DNA of 64,000 nucleotides from a bacterium (GCA_030647955.1 JAUSIQ010000003.1:2111-66110); one strand, 5' to 3'. Numbered from the stretch's first letter, positions 1 to 10,016 are shown. Numbers and translations: made by a program. Notes: generated by a model from the letters alone, not told the origin.

Positions 1-494
1 TGGCGATCCGTCAGCAAGAAAAAATAAAAGTTCGTCAGCCGCTCAGCAAGCTGGTGATTTGGAGTAAGGAAAAAATCAGAGAAGATTTTTTGAATTTATT
101 AAAGGACGAACTGAATGTAAAAGAGATTGTGGTTAGCGATAAAGAAGAGGCGAACTCCTTGGTTATTCAAGAGACGGATGGTCTCAAGGTGGGTTTAGAC
201 ACGCACGTCGATAGAGCTCTGCAATTTGAGGGCTGGGCTAGGGAATTGGTGCGACAGATTCAAGATATGCGCAAAGAGGCCAAGTATCACTTTAGTGAAA
301 AGGTGTTTGGGTTTTGGTCCACCGGCGATAAGGAGGTAGAAGAAGCCATTGGCCAATGGGCAGATTTTGTTAAACAAAATAGTTTGCTCAAAGAATTCAA
401 CGCGGATGCTAGTTATGCCGAAAAGACTTTCGATATTCAAAAAGAATTCGACCTCGCTCCGGGTAAAAAAGTTTGGCTAGGTATTAAGAAATAG
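1..494 (+). CDS. ileS: Isoleucyl-tRNA synthetase, C-terminal part (starts before window)
   Basis: Frame is open from base 3: AIRQQEKIKVRQPL...LKDELNVKEI...EGWARELVRQIQDMRKEA, typical of the type-2 IleRS C-terminus. Confidence 0.88.
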   Translation, partial: AIRQQEKIKVRQPLSKLVIWSKEKIREDFLNLLKDELNVKEIVVSDKEEANSLVIQETDGLKVGLDTHVDRALQFEGWARELVRQIQDMRKEAKYHFSEKVFGFWSTGDKEVEEAIGQWADFVKQNSLLKEFNADASYAEKTFDIQKEFDLAPGKKVWLGIKK

Positions 495-550
495 ATTGGG
501 GATGAAACTGGGCGTATTGTTAATCGCTGTAAAGCGGGCTATAATAATAG

Positions 551-718
551 TAATTTTGCGATTGTTCGAGTTCAAGGCAAAAGATGAGTATTGAGCGAGA
601 CGTATATGAATACGGCGAGCTCAAACGGAATCTTTTAACGCAGAAATCGAACAAACCCGAAGGGCTTGAGTCGGTGGCCGTGCTTTAGCCGGCCTTTAAC
701 GACTCAAGCACAAAATTA
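551..718 (+). repeat. Multi-stem structured repeat element, copy 1 of 3
   Basis: Closing stem TAATTTTG/CAAAATTA, long interrupted stem, CCC-GAA-GGG hairpin and second hairpin; 574-643 is identical to 45739-45808. Confidence 0.9.
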
Positions 719-723
719 TTACA

Positions 724-1263
724 ATGATTTCAAGAGGTATTGTTATTAAAAAGACGGATATCGGAGAGGATAATCAGCTCATTACCTTTTACACTCGAGA
801 CTTTGGAAAGTTGATGGGGGTGGCTAAAAGTGTCAAAAAACGAACCTCCAAGCAGGCCAGTCATTTGGAGCTTTTTAATTTGGTGGACTTTCTGTTAGTA
901 GGGGCCAAGGGACATCCCATTGTCGCCAGCGCCCAAAGCCTGGAAGCTTTTGTGGGTATTAAAGATTCTCTAGTGAAATCAGCAGCAGGATTCTTTTTGC
1001 TCGAGTCTTTTCATCGCTTAGTTTACGATAATGAAAAAGATGGGCGCTTGTGGAACTTTTTAGAGCAATCGCTTCGCGAGTTAAACACTGAAGAGCTGGA
1101 AGATAAAAAAGTAACAGAGTGGATGCTGAATTTAAAAAAAGAGCTTTTGAATATTTTGGGGTATGAACGCTATTGGGACCGAGCGGAAATTAATTATTTT
1201 TTAGAATCCCTAAGTCAGAAAAGATTTTTTTCTTTGGATTTTCTTAACTCCATGGCTATTTAA
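724..1263 (+). CDS. recO: DNA repair protein RecO (short CPR form)
   Basis: GIVIKKTDIGEDNQLITFYTRDFGKL..VAKSVKK..SK..SHLELFN OB-fold N-terminus. Confidence 0.85.
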   Translation: MISRGIVIKKTDIGEDNQLITFYTRDFGKLMGVAKSVKKRTSKQASHLELFNLVDFLLVGAKGHPIVASAQSLEAFVGIKDSLVKSAAGFFLLESFHRLVYDNEKDGRLWNFLEQSLRELNTEELEDKKVTEWMLNLKKELLNILGYERYWDRAEINYFLESLSQKRFFSLDFLNSMAI

Positions 1264-1266
1264 ATT

Positions 1267-3057
1267 ATGGAACCGTATCAATTTCAAGTGACACCCCTGG
1301 ATGAGCAACCCAATACTTTTCGCCAAAGGCAAGTGCGGCGGGTTATTTATGGACTAGCGGCTATTGCCGGCATTTTTATCGTGGCTGGCTCTATCTGGTT
1401 TTTTTGGGGACGTTCTCCGTCTTTCACGGAAAAAAATATCAGCCTTACGGTGGAAGCTGATGAGGAGATCCCTTCCGGGGAGAAGGTTAGTTATGTGGTG
1501 AAGTTTCGTAATGATAATCCGCAGGCTCTCAAAGATGTTCGTTTGGTTTTTTTCTATCCTACTGATTCGGTGGTGATTAAGGATGGAAAATCTGCGCCGT
1601 TTCTAACGGAAGAAGTGAAGATTGGCATGGTGGAGCCAGGTGGACAGGGTAGTCACGAATTTCCGGCTTATCTGGTGGGTGACCGAGGAGAGGTAAAAAA
1701 AGCAGTAGCGCGCTTGGTCTTTACTCCGGAGCAGGTCCGCTCCTCTTTTGAAAAGGAAGTGGCATTATCCACGACGATCAGCTCTCAAGATGTTTCCTTG
1801 ACCTTGGTGGCGCCACCCAATGCGGTTTCTGGTCAACCCATCTCTTATTTCCTCGACTATCGCAATGAGTCTTCCAAGGATCTGGCCGACTTAAAAATAC
1901 GATTCAAATATCCGGATGGCTTCACGCCAACCAAATTTGATCCTGCTCCGGTGTCCGGAAATAATCTGTGGGATTTGAAATTGGTTAAAGCGGGCGAGGG
2001 CAAAAGAATCGTGATCGATGGAATTTTACGCGGAGTAGAAAGAGAAAGTAAGCCCGTGGAAGTTGTTCTGCAAAGAATAGTAGACGGGATCGAGATTGAT
2101 TACCAGAAAGCAGATTCCATGACGATGATTTCTACTCCGCTTTTAGCTACGGAAGTAACGGTGAATGGTCAGTCTGGAAATTCCACCGCTCAATTGGGAG
2201 AGCTTTTGAGTTATCAAATTAAGTTTACGAATAATAGCGAGGTGGATATTTTAGGATTAACTATTATCGCTAAGCTGGAGGGGTCAATGTATGAGCTTGG
2301 TAATCTAAAAACTAACACCGGTTTTTTTGATGCCGGAGCAAAAACTGTTACTTGGAATGCCTCCTCTTCTCCACTTTTGAATAGGCTGGCTCCGCAACAA
2401 TACGGAGTAGTGGATTTTACTGTTAGTTTGAAAAGCACCTTTCCTTCTAGCGGCTTGGGAGCAAAAGATTTTGTAGTGAAGACTACCGTGAAAGCGGATA
2501 CACCTACCGTTCCTCCCGGATTTTTCTCTGACCGGCTCACCGCTCAAGCTGAAGCGACGACCAAGATTAAGTCTCTACCCGCTTTTGAGCAGACGGCCCA
2601 GTATCAAGCGGAAGGTTGGGAAGCGAGCGGACCCATTCCGCCAAAATCCGGGAGTAAAACGGTTTACACGATTGTTTGGCGCATGAGTAATACCTCTGGA
2701 GATGTTTTAAAAACTAGGATGAAGGGCGTACTGCCAACGGGAGTAAATTGGGAGAATAAAACGCGAGTAAGCGGGCAGCAACCCCTGCCTACCTATAAAT
2801 CTACTTCTCGGGAGGTGATTTGGGACATAGGGGTGTTGCCGGCCGGAACCGGTAGTACTACTCCGAAATACGAAGCTTGGTTTCAAGTTTCCGTTACCCC
2901 GACCATTAATCAAGCCGGAAGCTTTTTACAGTTTGTTAAAGACCTAACTCTGGAAGGAGAAGACGGGGTAACTAAACAAGCCTTTGTCTTAAAAGGAAGA
3001 GACGTGGGATCTAATGATTTAACCGACCGACCTAATCAGGGTACGGTCGTGCCTTAG
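1267..3057 (+). CDS. Membrane-anchored protein with repeated Ig-like/DUF11-like beta domains
   Basis: N-terminal TM helix, then repeated SGxxxxYxxxxxN motifs (SGEKVSYVVKFRN, SGQPISYFLDYRN, LGELLSYQIKFTN, SGSKTVYTIVWRMSN). Confidence 0.6.
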   Translation: MEPYQFQVTPLDEQPNTFRQRQVRRVIYGLAAIAGIFIVAGSIWFFWGRSPSFTEKNISLTVEADEEIPSGEKVSYVVKFRNDNPQALKDVRLVFFYPTDSVVIKDGKSAPFLTEEVKIGMVEPGGQGSHEFPAYLVGDRGEVKKAVARLVFTPEQVRSSFEKEVALSTTISSQDVSLTLVAPPNAVSGQPISYFLDYRNESSKDLADLKIRFKYPDGFTPTKFDPAPVSGNNLWDLKLVKAGEGKRIVIDGILRGVERESKPVEVVLQRIVDGIEIDYQKADSMTMISTPLLATEVTVNGQSGNSTAQLGELLSYQIKFTNNSEVDILGLTIIAKLEGSMYELGNLKTNTGFFDAGAKTVTWNASSSPLLNRLAPQQYGVVDFTVSLKSTFPSSGLGAKDFVVKTTVKADTPTVPPGFFSDRLTAQAEATTKIKSLPAFEQTAQYQAEGWEASGPIPPKSGSKTVYTIVWRMSNTSGDVLKTRMKGVLPTGVNWENKTRVSGQQPLPTYKSTSREVIWDIGVLPAGTGSTTPKYEAWFQVSVTPTINQAGSFLQFVKDLTLEGEDGVTKQAFVLKGRDVGSNDLTDRPNQGTVVP

Positions 3058-3103
3058 AATCTAGAAAAAAATCTCTTTTTGTTCTATAGTACTGATCATC
3101 TTT

Positions 3104-4450
3104 ATGACTACTAAAATCGAGAACAATTTATTAGACAAAGTCGTCTCTTTAGCCAAACGGCGTGGTTTTATATTTCCCGGCTCCGAAATTTACGGCGGAC
3201 TGGCGAATAGCTGGGATTTTGGTCACTTGGGTAATGAACTTTTTAATAACATCGCCAGCTTGTGGTGGAAGAAATTTGTACAAGAGAGAGACGATATGGT
3301 GGGACTGCGCGGACCAATCATTATGAGTCCCAAGGTCTGGGAAGCTTCCGGTCATGTGCAGGGCTTTTCGGATCCGTTAGTGGAGTGCAAGATTTGTCAT
3401 GAGCGATTTAGAGCGGACAAAGAGGAGGAGCTCAAAGCGCACGCTAAAACTCACAAAGGTAAAGAAGAATGGACCGAACCAAAGAATTTTAACTTACTTT
3501 TTAAAACCTATATCGGAACAGTTGAAGACGCCAAAGCCGTAGCTTACTTGCGTGGGGAGTTGGCGCAAACGATGTTCACTGACTTTAAGACGATCCTAGA
3601 AACCACGCGCAAAAAATTACCATTTGGGATTGCCCAAATCGGCAAGGCCTTTCGTAATGAAATTACGACTGGTAATTTCATTTTCCGCACCAAAGAATTT
3701 ACGATTGCCGAGCTGGAATATTTTATAAAACCTGGAGATGAGGATAGGTATTTTAACGAGTGGGCAGATTTTATGGAGAATTTTTTGGTGAAGGAGATCG
3801 GACTGAAGCAAGAAAATTTGCGCCGCTACGAACATCCTAAAGAAAGCTTGGCCCATTATTCCAAGGGGACGATTGATTTTGAATATAAGTTCCCATGGGG
3901 CTGGGGAGAGTTGTGGGGCTTGGCTTCTCGCACGGACTTTGATTTAAAAAATCACGAAAAAGCCTCCGGAGCGAATTTGAAATACAAAGACAGCGAAACC
4001 GGAGAAGAATTCTTGCCCTTTGTCGTGGAGCCGACCGGAGGATTAGAAAGGTTGTTGCTTGCCGCTTTATTAGACGCTTACACCGAAACCGAAGCGCGTT
4101 CAGGAGAAAAAGATGCGGTACATGAGACCGAGGTAACTTTACGCTTGGCGAAATCTTTGGCTCCGATTAAAGTGGCCGTGCTACCGCTCTCGCGCAAGGA
4201 AGAGTTAACCAAGCCAGCTTACGAAATCTACCGTAATCTACAGAAGCATTGGATGGTGCAATATGACGAAACCGCTTCGATTGGCAAACGCTATCGCCGT
4301 CAAGATGAAATTGGCACCCCTTACTCCGTGACTTTTGACTTTGATTCCGTCACTGATCAGAAAGTCACTGTCCGTGATCGTGACACGATGGAACAAGAGC
4401 GCGTAGTTATAGCCGATCTGCAAAATTATTTAGAGAAGAGGCTGAAATAA
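3104..4450 (+). CDS. glyQS: Glycyl-tRNA synthetase (alpha2 type)
   Basis: KRRGFIFPGSEIYGG, LPFGIAQIGKAFRNEI, SIGKRYRRQDEIGTP. Confidence 0.97.
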   Translation: MTTKIENNLLDKVVSLAKRRGFIFPGSEIYGGLANSWDFGHLGNELFNNIASLWWKKFVQERDDMVGLRGPIIMSPKVWEASGHVQGFSDPLVECKICHERFRADKEEELKAHAKTHKGKEEWTEPKNFNLLFKTYIGTVEDAKAVAYLRGELAQTMFTDFKTILETTRKKLPFGIAQIGKAFRNEITTGNFIFRTKEFTIAELEYFIKPGDEDRYFNEWADFMENFLVKEIGLKQENLRRYEHPKESLAHYSKGTIDFEYKFPWGWGELWGLASRTDFDLKNHEKASGANLKYKDSETGEEFLPFVVEPTGGLERLLLAALLDAYTETEARSGEKDAVHETEVTLRLAKSLAPIKVAVLPLSRKEELTKPAYEIYRNLQKHWMVQYDETASIGKRYRRQDEIGTPYSVTFDFDSVTDQKVTVRDRDTMEQERVVIADLQNYLEKRLK

Positions 4451-4451
4451 A

Positions 4452-4480
4452 TCCCGCTAGAGACCAAGTTTCTAATGGGA
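4452..4480. repeat. Degenerate minimal TCCCG-TIR palindrome
   Basis: TCCCGCTAGAGA-CCAAG-TTTCTAATGGGA resembles the termini of the 24357-24438 element. Confidence 0.6.
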
Positions 4481-4509
4481 CGAACATTTTTTTCGGTAGA
4501 ATAAATTTG

Positions 4510-4532
4510 AAAAGCGGCCAGTAGCCGCTTTT
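4510..4532. terminator. Bidirectional intrinsic terminator
   Basis: AAAAGCGGC-CAGTA-GCCGCTTTT between convergent genes. Confidence 0.65.
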
Positions 4533-4554
4533 ATGCCGTAAACATTATACGGCT

Positions 4555-4917
4555 TTAAACTTTCTCATAGAACGCGACTCCCAATGCCATTCCTGGTTGA
4601 GTCGGTTTTAGTATTCTATAACCAAAGACCCGCTTATGAAAATTTTCCGTGTGCCTACCCATAAAAAGACAGTGGAAAAAATTTTGACCCTCGGCTTCTC
4701 CGATTAGCTTATGCTTTTTTAGTTCTTCATCGGAAAGTTTATAAATTCTCTTAATTCCCGAATCTTTATCTTTTTTTGCCACAACCTCAAATTCAAAAAA
4801 CTCTCTACCTTGATCATCGACAGCTAATGGTCCGGTTACGGAATCAGCTCCCAAGGCTTTAGCTAATTCCTTTCCACCAATCTTCGGATAAGCTTTCCAG
4901 CTATGTTTAATGGTCAT
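4555..4917 (-). CDS. Hypothetical protein
   Basis: 120-aa ORF with strong SD (GGAGGAGG) upstream. Confidence 0.65.
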   Translation of the reverse strand: MTIKHSWKAYPKIGGKELAKALGADSVTGPLAVDDQGREFFEFEVVAKKDKDSGIKRIYKLSDEELKKHKLIGEAEGQNFFHCLFMGRHTENFHKRVFGYRILKPTQPGMALGVAFYEKV

Positions 4918-5043
4918 AGCTTCCTCCTCCCCCTAAATTAATAGGTGTGTCTAGCTTTGTACACTTAAGCATGCAAATTATTTTATGTCAACGCTAGACC
5001 AGCGGGGGAGTTTTGTTATGGTAGGTAGAGAAAAATTACTGGA

Positions 5044-5844
5044 GTGGAGAGAAAAGTGAGCGAAAAGTTGTTCGTTAAAAATATTCGGATAGGTGGAATG
5101 GGGGGAGAGGCGCGGGTGATGGTCCAATCCCGCAATATTTTTCCCGGCTTGGGTGGAGATATCAAGAGTAAGCAGGCGGTGGCCTGCGCTCTGCGGGAAG
5201 AATTTTTTACTGATCCTGATGAGGGGCAGAGACTTTTTTTAAAGCATGTCTTAATTAAAAAACTGGACGACTATTTTCTGCGGATCGGTGCTTACAATTT
5301 TCCGCATGTGGCGCGTCCCTTAGGTTCAATGGTGGCCGAAGGTGAAGTACGAGAGTCTTATCTTTATGAATGGGTGTTTGGCCAAGAAGCTTTTCCGTGG
5401 GAGTGCCAGAATACTACGGGTGGGCATGACATGGTAACGCTGGAAGAGTGGAGTGAATTTTCTCGGCACTTCAGAGAGGCGGGGATTAATATGGAGATAG
5501 ACATTACCGATCCGGACAATGGGCGTATTTCCAAGAACGTCATTCATCAGCTGTGTCATCTCGATGATAATTTATGTTTAAGCGCTTTCTGGAAGCGGAT
5601 TGATTTTGGTGATAATTCGATTCAAATTGACTATCCTAAAGTAAAGCGTTTTTTGGATAAGAATATTAGAGATCTGATAGATGTTTTGGGTTTGGATCGT
5701 TTTCGCTTAATCTTTTTGGCGGAGGCCTATCTTGCCAATGAGATAAAGCTGACCGAAGAAGAGATGGACGAGCTGGTTAGTATGGCTAGAAAATACCGCT
5801 TATCAACACTAAGGCATAAGCTTTCGGAGCTAGTTATTCCATGA
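5044..5844 (+). CDS. Hypothetical protein, possible divergent protein-kinase-like fold
   Basis: 266-aa ORF; PHVARPLG, YLYEWV, D...KNVI, RIDFG in kinase-like order; terminator downstream. Confidence 0.55.
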   Translation: MERKVSEKLFVKNIRIGGMGGEARVMVQSRNIFPGLGGDIKSKQAVACALREEFFTDPDEGQRLFLKHVLIKKLDDYFLRIGAYNFPHVARPLGSMVAEGEVRESYLYEWVFGQEAFPWECQNTTGGHDMVTLEEWSEFSRHFREAGINMEIDITDPDNGRISKNVIHQLCHLDDNLCLSAFWKRIDFGDNSIQIDYPKVKRFLDKNIRDLIDVLGLDRFRLIFLAEAYLANEIKLTEEEMDELVSMARKYRLSTLRHKLSELVIP

Positions 5845-5855
5845 AGTAAAAATGA

Positions 5856-5883
5856 GGCCCGCCCTAGCTTTGGCGGGTTTTTT
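5856..5883 (+). terminator. Intrinsic terminator
   Basis: GGCCCGCC-loop-GGCGGGTT followed by T-tract. Confidence 0.7.
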
Positions 5884-5919
5884 GTTTTATTATGTAGAGG
5901 TCATATAAAACATCATCGC

Positions 5920-7200
5920 ATGCTAAAAGAATTCGATTTACACAAGTTCTCTAATGGACTTCGTCTGGTAACTATCCCCATGGAACATACCAAAACCGTG
6001 ACGGTCTTGGTGATGGTGGGAACCGGTTCGCGCTACGAAACTAAAGAGATTAATGGCATCTCCCATTTTTTGGAGCACATGATGTTTAAGGGAACAGAGA
6101 AGCGTCCGGGAGCTTTAGATATTTCCCACGAGCTAGATTCCATTGGAGCAGAGTATAACGCCTTTACCTCCAAAGAATACACCGGCTATTACGCTAAAGC
6201 GGGAGCGGAGCACTTTGGATTTGTCATGGATGTAATTTCGGATATCTTTCTTAATTCCAAATTGGATGGAGAAGAGATCGAAAAAGAGCGGGGAGTGGTT
6301 ATTCAAGAGATTAATATGAATTTCGATAATCCTATGCGGCACATCGGTGATGTGTACGAGGAATTAATGTATGGAGATCAACCGCTCGGTTGGGATATTG
6401 CCGGTCCGAAGGAAAATATTTTAAATATCAAAGCGGAAAAATTCCGAGAATATTTTAATTCTCATTACTTTGCCAAGAATACGGTAGTGGCCGTAGCTGG
6501 TAAGGTAGGCTTAGAAGAAGCGAAAGCGGCGGTAGAAAAATACTTCTCTAATATCAGAGAACGCCAAGAAGTATTTAAGCCTTTACCGGTGTTTATTAGA
6601 CAAGATAAACCCGGAGTTAAAATTATTCACAAGGCTACCGACCAAAGTCATATGTTGGTAGGAGTCAGAGGTTACGATGTTTTTCATCCCAAGAAAGAAG
6701 TTCTAAAAATCATGTCCGTTATTTTAGGCGGGGGAATGAGTTCGCGTCTTTTTACCGAAGTGCGTGAAAAAAGAGGGCTGGCTTATTATGTTGGCTCCAG
6801 CACTGACTCTTATTTAGACACCGGAGATTTCTCGACTTTTGCCGGAGTGGAAAATACCAAAATTCATTCCGCAGTTGAGGTAATTTTGGGCGAGTACGCT
6901 AAAATCAGAAACGAAAAAGTTTCCGACCAAGAACTGCAAAAAGCCAAAGACTATATCAAAGGAAAAATGGCGATCAGTTTTGAATCTTCCGACGACCTTG
7001 CCTCTTTTTACGCTGGCCAAGAATTAATGGAAGGAAAAATCGCTACTCCGGAAGAGAAATTTGAAAAGTTGAATCGAGTGACCGTTGAAGATGTCTATGC
7101 GGCGGCTAACGATATTTTCAAGCCCGAAAAGCTCAATATGGCGTTGATTGGGCCATTTAAGGAGGAAGACCCTTCTATTTACAATATAGTCAAATTGTGA
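5920..7200 (+). CDS. M16 family zinc peptidase (pitrilysin-like)
   Basis: GISHFLEHMMFKGT (HxxEH), NAFTSKE, GGGMSSRLFTEVREKRGLAY. Confidence 0.95.
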   Translation: MLKEFDLHKFSNGLRLVTIPMEHTKTVTVLVMVGTGSRYETKEINGISHFLEHMMFKGTEKRPGALDISHELDSIGAEYNAFTSKEYTGYYAKAGAEHFGFVMDVISDIFLNSKLDGEEIEKERGVVIQEINMNFDNPMRHIGDVYEELMYGDQPLGWDIAGPKENILNIKAEKFREYFNSHYFAKNTVVAVAGKVGLEEAKAAVEKYFSNIRERQEVFKPLPVFIRQDKPGVKIIHKATDQSHMLVGVRGYDVFHPKKEVLKIMSVILGGGMSSRLFTEVREKRGLAYYVGSSTDSYLDTGDFSTFAGVENTKIHSAVEVILGEYAKIRNEKVSDQELQKAKDYIKGKMAISFESSDDLASFYAGQELMEGKIATPEEKFEKLNRVTVEDVYAAANDIFKPEKLNMALIGPFKEEDPSIYNIVKL

Positions 7201-7237
7201 TATAATGTAGGGATAAGTTTTTAGCCCTCTACTTTAC

Positions 7238-8320
7238 ATGGATAAAAAAGGCTCAACCAGAATAGTTTATCATGATGTCTCGGTCTACACCGTCACTAAA
7301 ATAGTGTTGGTTTTGTTGTTTTTCGCTGCTTTGTATCTCTTGCGTGACATTATCTTTATCCTACTTTTTGCCATAATTATCGCCTCCGGAATTACCCCTT
7401 TTGCCAACTGGTTAGACCAGAAAAAATTCCCTCGTATTCTGGGAGTTTTAATTCTCTATCTCTCTCTTTTTGCTTTGGCTCTTTTCTTGCTTTCTTTGGT
7501 AGTGCCTTTTGTGACCGGAGAACTGAACCAGCTCATCAAAGATCTGCCGCGTTTTATCAATCAGGTTTCGAGCTCTCTGGAAAAAGCGCAGGAGAGTTCC
7601 AGTCGGTATGTGGATCTCTTTAGTGAGATCCAAAACCTACTAGACACTTCTGCTGGTTATTTGCAGGCCTCCTCGCAATCAGCCTTTAACTTTGTGATTA
7701 GTATCTTTGGTGGACTATTTTCTTTCTTTGCCGTTATCGTCTTATCCTTTTATCTCTCCGTGATGCGAGGAGGTATTGAAAGTTTCATCCGTTCAATTGT
7801 CCCCAAGGAATACGAAGCGGAAGTGCTCAATGTCTGGCGTCGTTCGGAGAAGAAAGTTGGCAAGTGGCTGCAGGGACAGTTACTTTTGGCTTTGGTAGTG
7901 GGCTTGACAGTGTACGTGACCCTCTCGATTATGGGTATTAAGTTTGCTCTATTGCTTGGTATTGTGGCGATGGTTTTGGAGTTAGTACCGAATGTTGGAC
8001 CAGTACTGGCGGCTATTCCGGCGGTGATCTTAGCTTTTACGCAATCAACGACTTTAGGGATTTGGGTGGTAGTGGCTTATGTGATTATTCAGCAGTTGGA
8101 AAACCATGTCCTAGTGCCGATTGTGATGGGTCGCGCGGTAGGGCTTAATCCGGTGGTGGTAATCTTGGCCTTATTGATCGGTTTCCACTTGGCTGGGATT
8201 GTTGGGATGATTTTATCGGTCCCAGTAGCGGCAATTATCGTCGAAATTCTAGATGAATTTTCTAAACATCGCTACCATGCGGGAACGGAAGTAGTAACGC
8301 CGGAGAGCAACAATGGCTAA
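7238..8320 (+). CDS. AI-2E family transporter (PerM/UPF0118)
   Basis: Multi-TM; WLQGQLLL, LVPNVGP, QQLENHVLVPIVMG..VGLNP. Confidence 0.9.
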   Translation: MDKKGSTRIVYHDVSVYTVTKIVLVLLFFAALYLLRDIIFILLFAIIIASGITPFANWLDQKKFPRILGVLILYLSLFALALFLLSLVVPFVTGELNQLIKDLPRFINQVSSSLEKAQESSSRYVDLFSEIQNLLDTSAGYLQASSQSAFNFVISIFGGLFSFFAVIVLSFYLSVMRGGIESFIRSIVPKEYEAEVLNVWRRSEKKVGKWLQGQLLLALVVGLTVYVTLSIMGIKFALLLGIVAMVLELVPNVGPVLAAIPAVILAFTQSTTLGIWVVVAYVIIQQLENHVLVPIVMGRAVGLNPVVVILALLIGFHLAGIVGMILSVPVAAIIVEILDEFSKHRYHAGTEVVTPESNNG

Positions 8321-9014
8321 GCTTTTCATCATCGCGACACCTATTGGCAACCTCGAAGATTTGACCCTTCGAGGTTTGCGCATTTTAGGGGAAGTCGATG
8401 GAATTATTGCCGAGGATACACGCGTCACCCAAAAACTTCTCGAACATTACGGAATTAAAAAATCTCTTTATACCTTCCATCAGCACAGCTTGGAGAAAGA
8501 AACAGAAAAGATTGCGCGTCTTTTGGAAGAGGGAAAAAATCTGGCATTAGTAACCGATGCCGGGACGCCGGGGATCTCTGATCCGGGCGGAAAATTAATT
8601 GAAGATTTATTAAAAACTATGCCGGATCTGGAAATTATTCCGATCCCAGGACCGAATGCAGCGATTACCGCTTTAAGCGTAGCCGGTTTTCCGGCCGATC
8701 ATTTTCTGTTTTTGGGCTTCCCTCCGCACAAAAAAGGACGGCAAACTTTTTTTAGAGAAATGACTGAAGCTGAACCGACTATTGTCTTTTATGAATCGAC
8801 GCACCGTATCCTCAAAGCTTTGGAGCAGATGAGCGCTTTGGAAAATTTACGAGAACGTCCAATCGTTGTTTTGCGCGAATTAACTAAAAAGTTTGAAACA
8901 ATTTATCGTGGCACCGCCGCCGAGATTTTAGCGAAACTTCAGCAGGAAGGTCCGCGCGGAGAGTTTGTGGTTGTTATCGGACCAGTCAAAATTTTAAAAC
9001 AAAAAGCAGCTTAA
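8313..9014 (+). CDS. rsmI: 16S rRNA (C1402)-2'-O-methyltransferase
   Basis: ATPIGNLEDLTLR, AEDTR, DAGTPGISDPG, FYESTHR. Confidence 0.96.
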   Translation: MAKLFIIATPIGNLEDLTLRGLRILGEVDGIIAEDTRVTQKLLEHYGIKKSLYTFHQHSLEKETEKIARLLEEGKNLALVTDAGTPGISDPGGKLIEDLLKTMPDLEIIPIPGPNAAITALSVAGFPADHFLFLGFPPHKKGRQTFFREMTEAEPTIVFYESTHRILKALEQMSALENLRERPIVVLRELTKKFETIYRGTAAEILAKLQQEGPRGEFVVVIGPVKILKQKAA

Positions 9015-9952
9015 ATAAGCTGCTCGATAATTGAAGATATTTTTTCTCCATCTTCTTTGGTACCGGTTATCACCATGCGGCGATGCTCGATTTCTGGTGG
9101 AAGTACAAACTGCTCTACTGTCCGAAGCTGATCCAGCCATTGCGATTTCGGGACTTGGCGGCGCCGAAGATTGTTTATCAGGACATGGCGATTGGCAGGA
9201 ACCAGTAAGATGATGGTGAGATTTATCTCATACCGCCGTGCGTAAAGAGCCGAAGCTCCTTTGGGCGTTAGGGCGAATATTCCGGAGCTGTCCTTTAGGA
9301 TAGCTCGAATATCTTTCATATTGGAGCCATAATATTCTCCTCGAAAAGAATCATGCTCAGCAAAAGCTCCGGCCTTAATCTGTGATTCGAAAAAATCTCG
9401 AGCGACAAAATTATAGGAGGACATCTCTTCTTCTCGGTTGTGCTCTCGTAATCGACGCGTCGTAGTATTTTTTACTCGACGAATCTTGCTGGGCAGAGTG
9501 TTGAGGAGCCAGTTCATCCAATAAGTTTTTCCGATAGCGGTTGGCCCCACTAAGGCAATCAGGTGGTGAGGTCCGCGAACTTGTGCCAGAAGATCACCAA
9601 ATTCTGGCTGCATATTTTTATAATACAGATACCATTCAGGATCAAAGCTAAGATCGATGCGTAATTCTTGACCGGTTTGAATGGCTTGTTTCAGTTCGTT
9701 CATCGCTCCGGCGGAGATCCCAAAAACTCCGGAAGCGTCACAGATGGCCTGATATTTAAGCATAAACTTTAAGGTACCTTCTCGGCCTAAGGACCCCCCT
9801 TCAAAATCTCGATACGGACCGGCATCGAAGGGAATAGTGGGGGCGTATCCCCAGCTACGCACTTTTTCCCGAATGCGTTCAATGTGTTCCGGCCCATAGG
9901 GATCAGATAAAAAACGAGTGGGCATAATACAGTACATAATTTTCCCGGCCAT
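9011..9952 (-). CDS. Fusion of a nucleoside-deoxyribosyltransferase/DUF4406-like domain and a guanylate-kinase-like domain
   Basis: N-terminal CDA..VFGISAGAMNE..A; C-terminal GPTAIGKT P-loop, TTTR, YNFV, EH..F.GEYYG. Confidence 0.65.
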   Translation of the reverse strand: MAGKIMYCIMPTRFLSDPYGPEHIERIREKVRSWGYAPTIPFDAGPYRDFEGGSLGREGTLKFMLKYQAICDASGVFGISAGAMNELKQAIQTGQELRIDLSFDPEWYLYYKNMQPEFGDLLAQVRGPHHLIALVGPTAIGKTYWMNWLLNTLPSKIRRVKNTTTRRLREHNREEEMSSYNFVARDFFESQIKAGAFAEHDSFRGEYYGSNMKDIRAILKDSSGIFALTPKGASALYARRYEINLTIILLVPANRHVLINNLRRRQVPKSQWLDQLRTVEQFVLPPEIEHRRMVITGTKEDGEKISSIIEQLI

Positions 9953-10016
9953 GCTTCTCCTAATTTTTAAAGAATCATAGTATCGAGCATAATTTTTATT
10001 CGGAACCTTGTCATCG

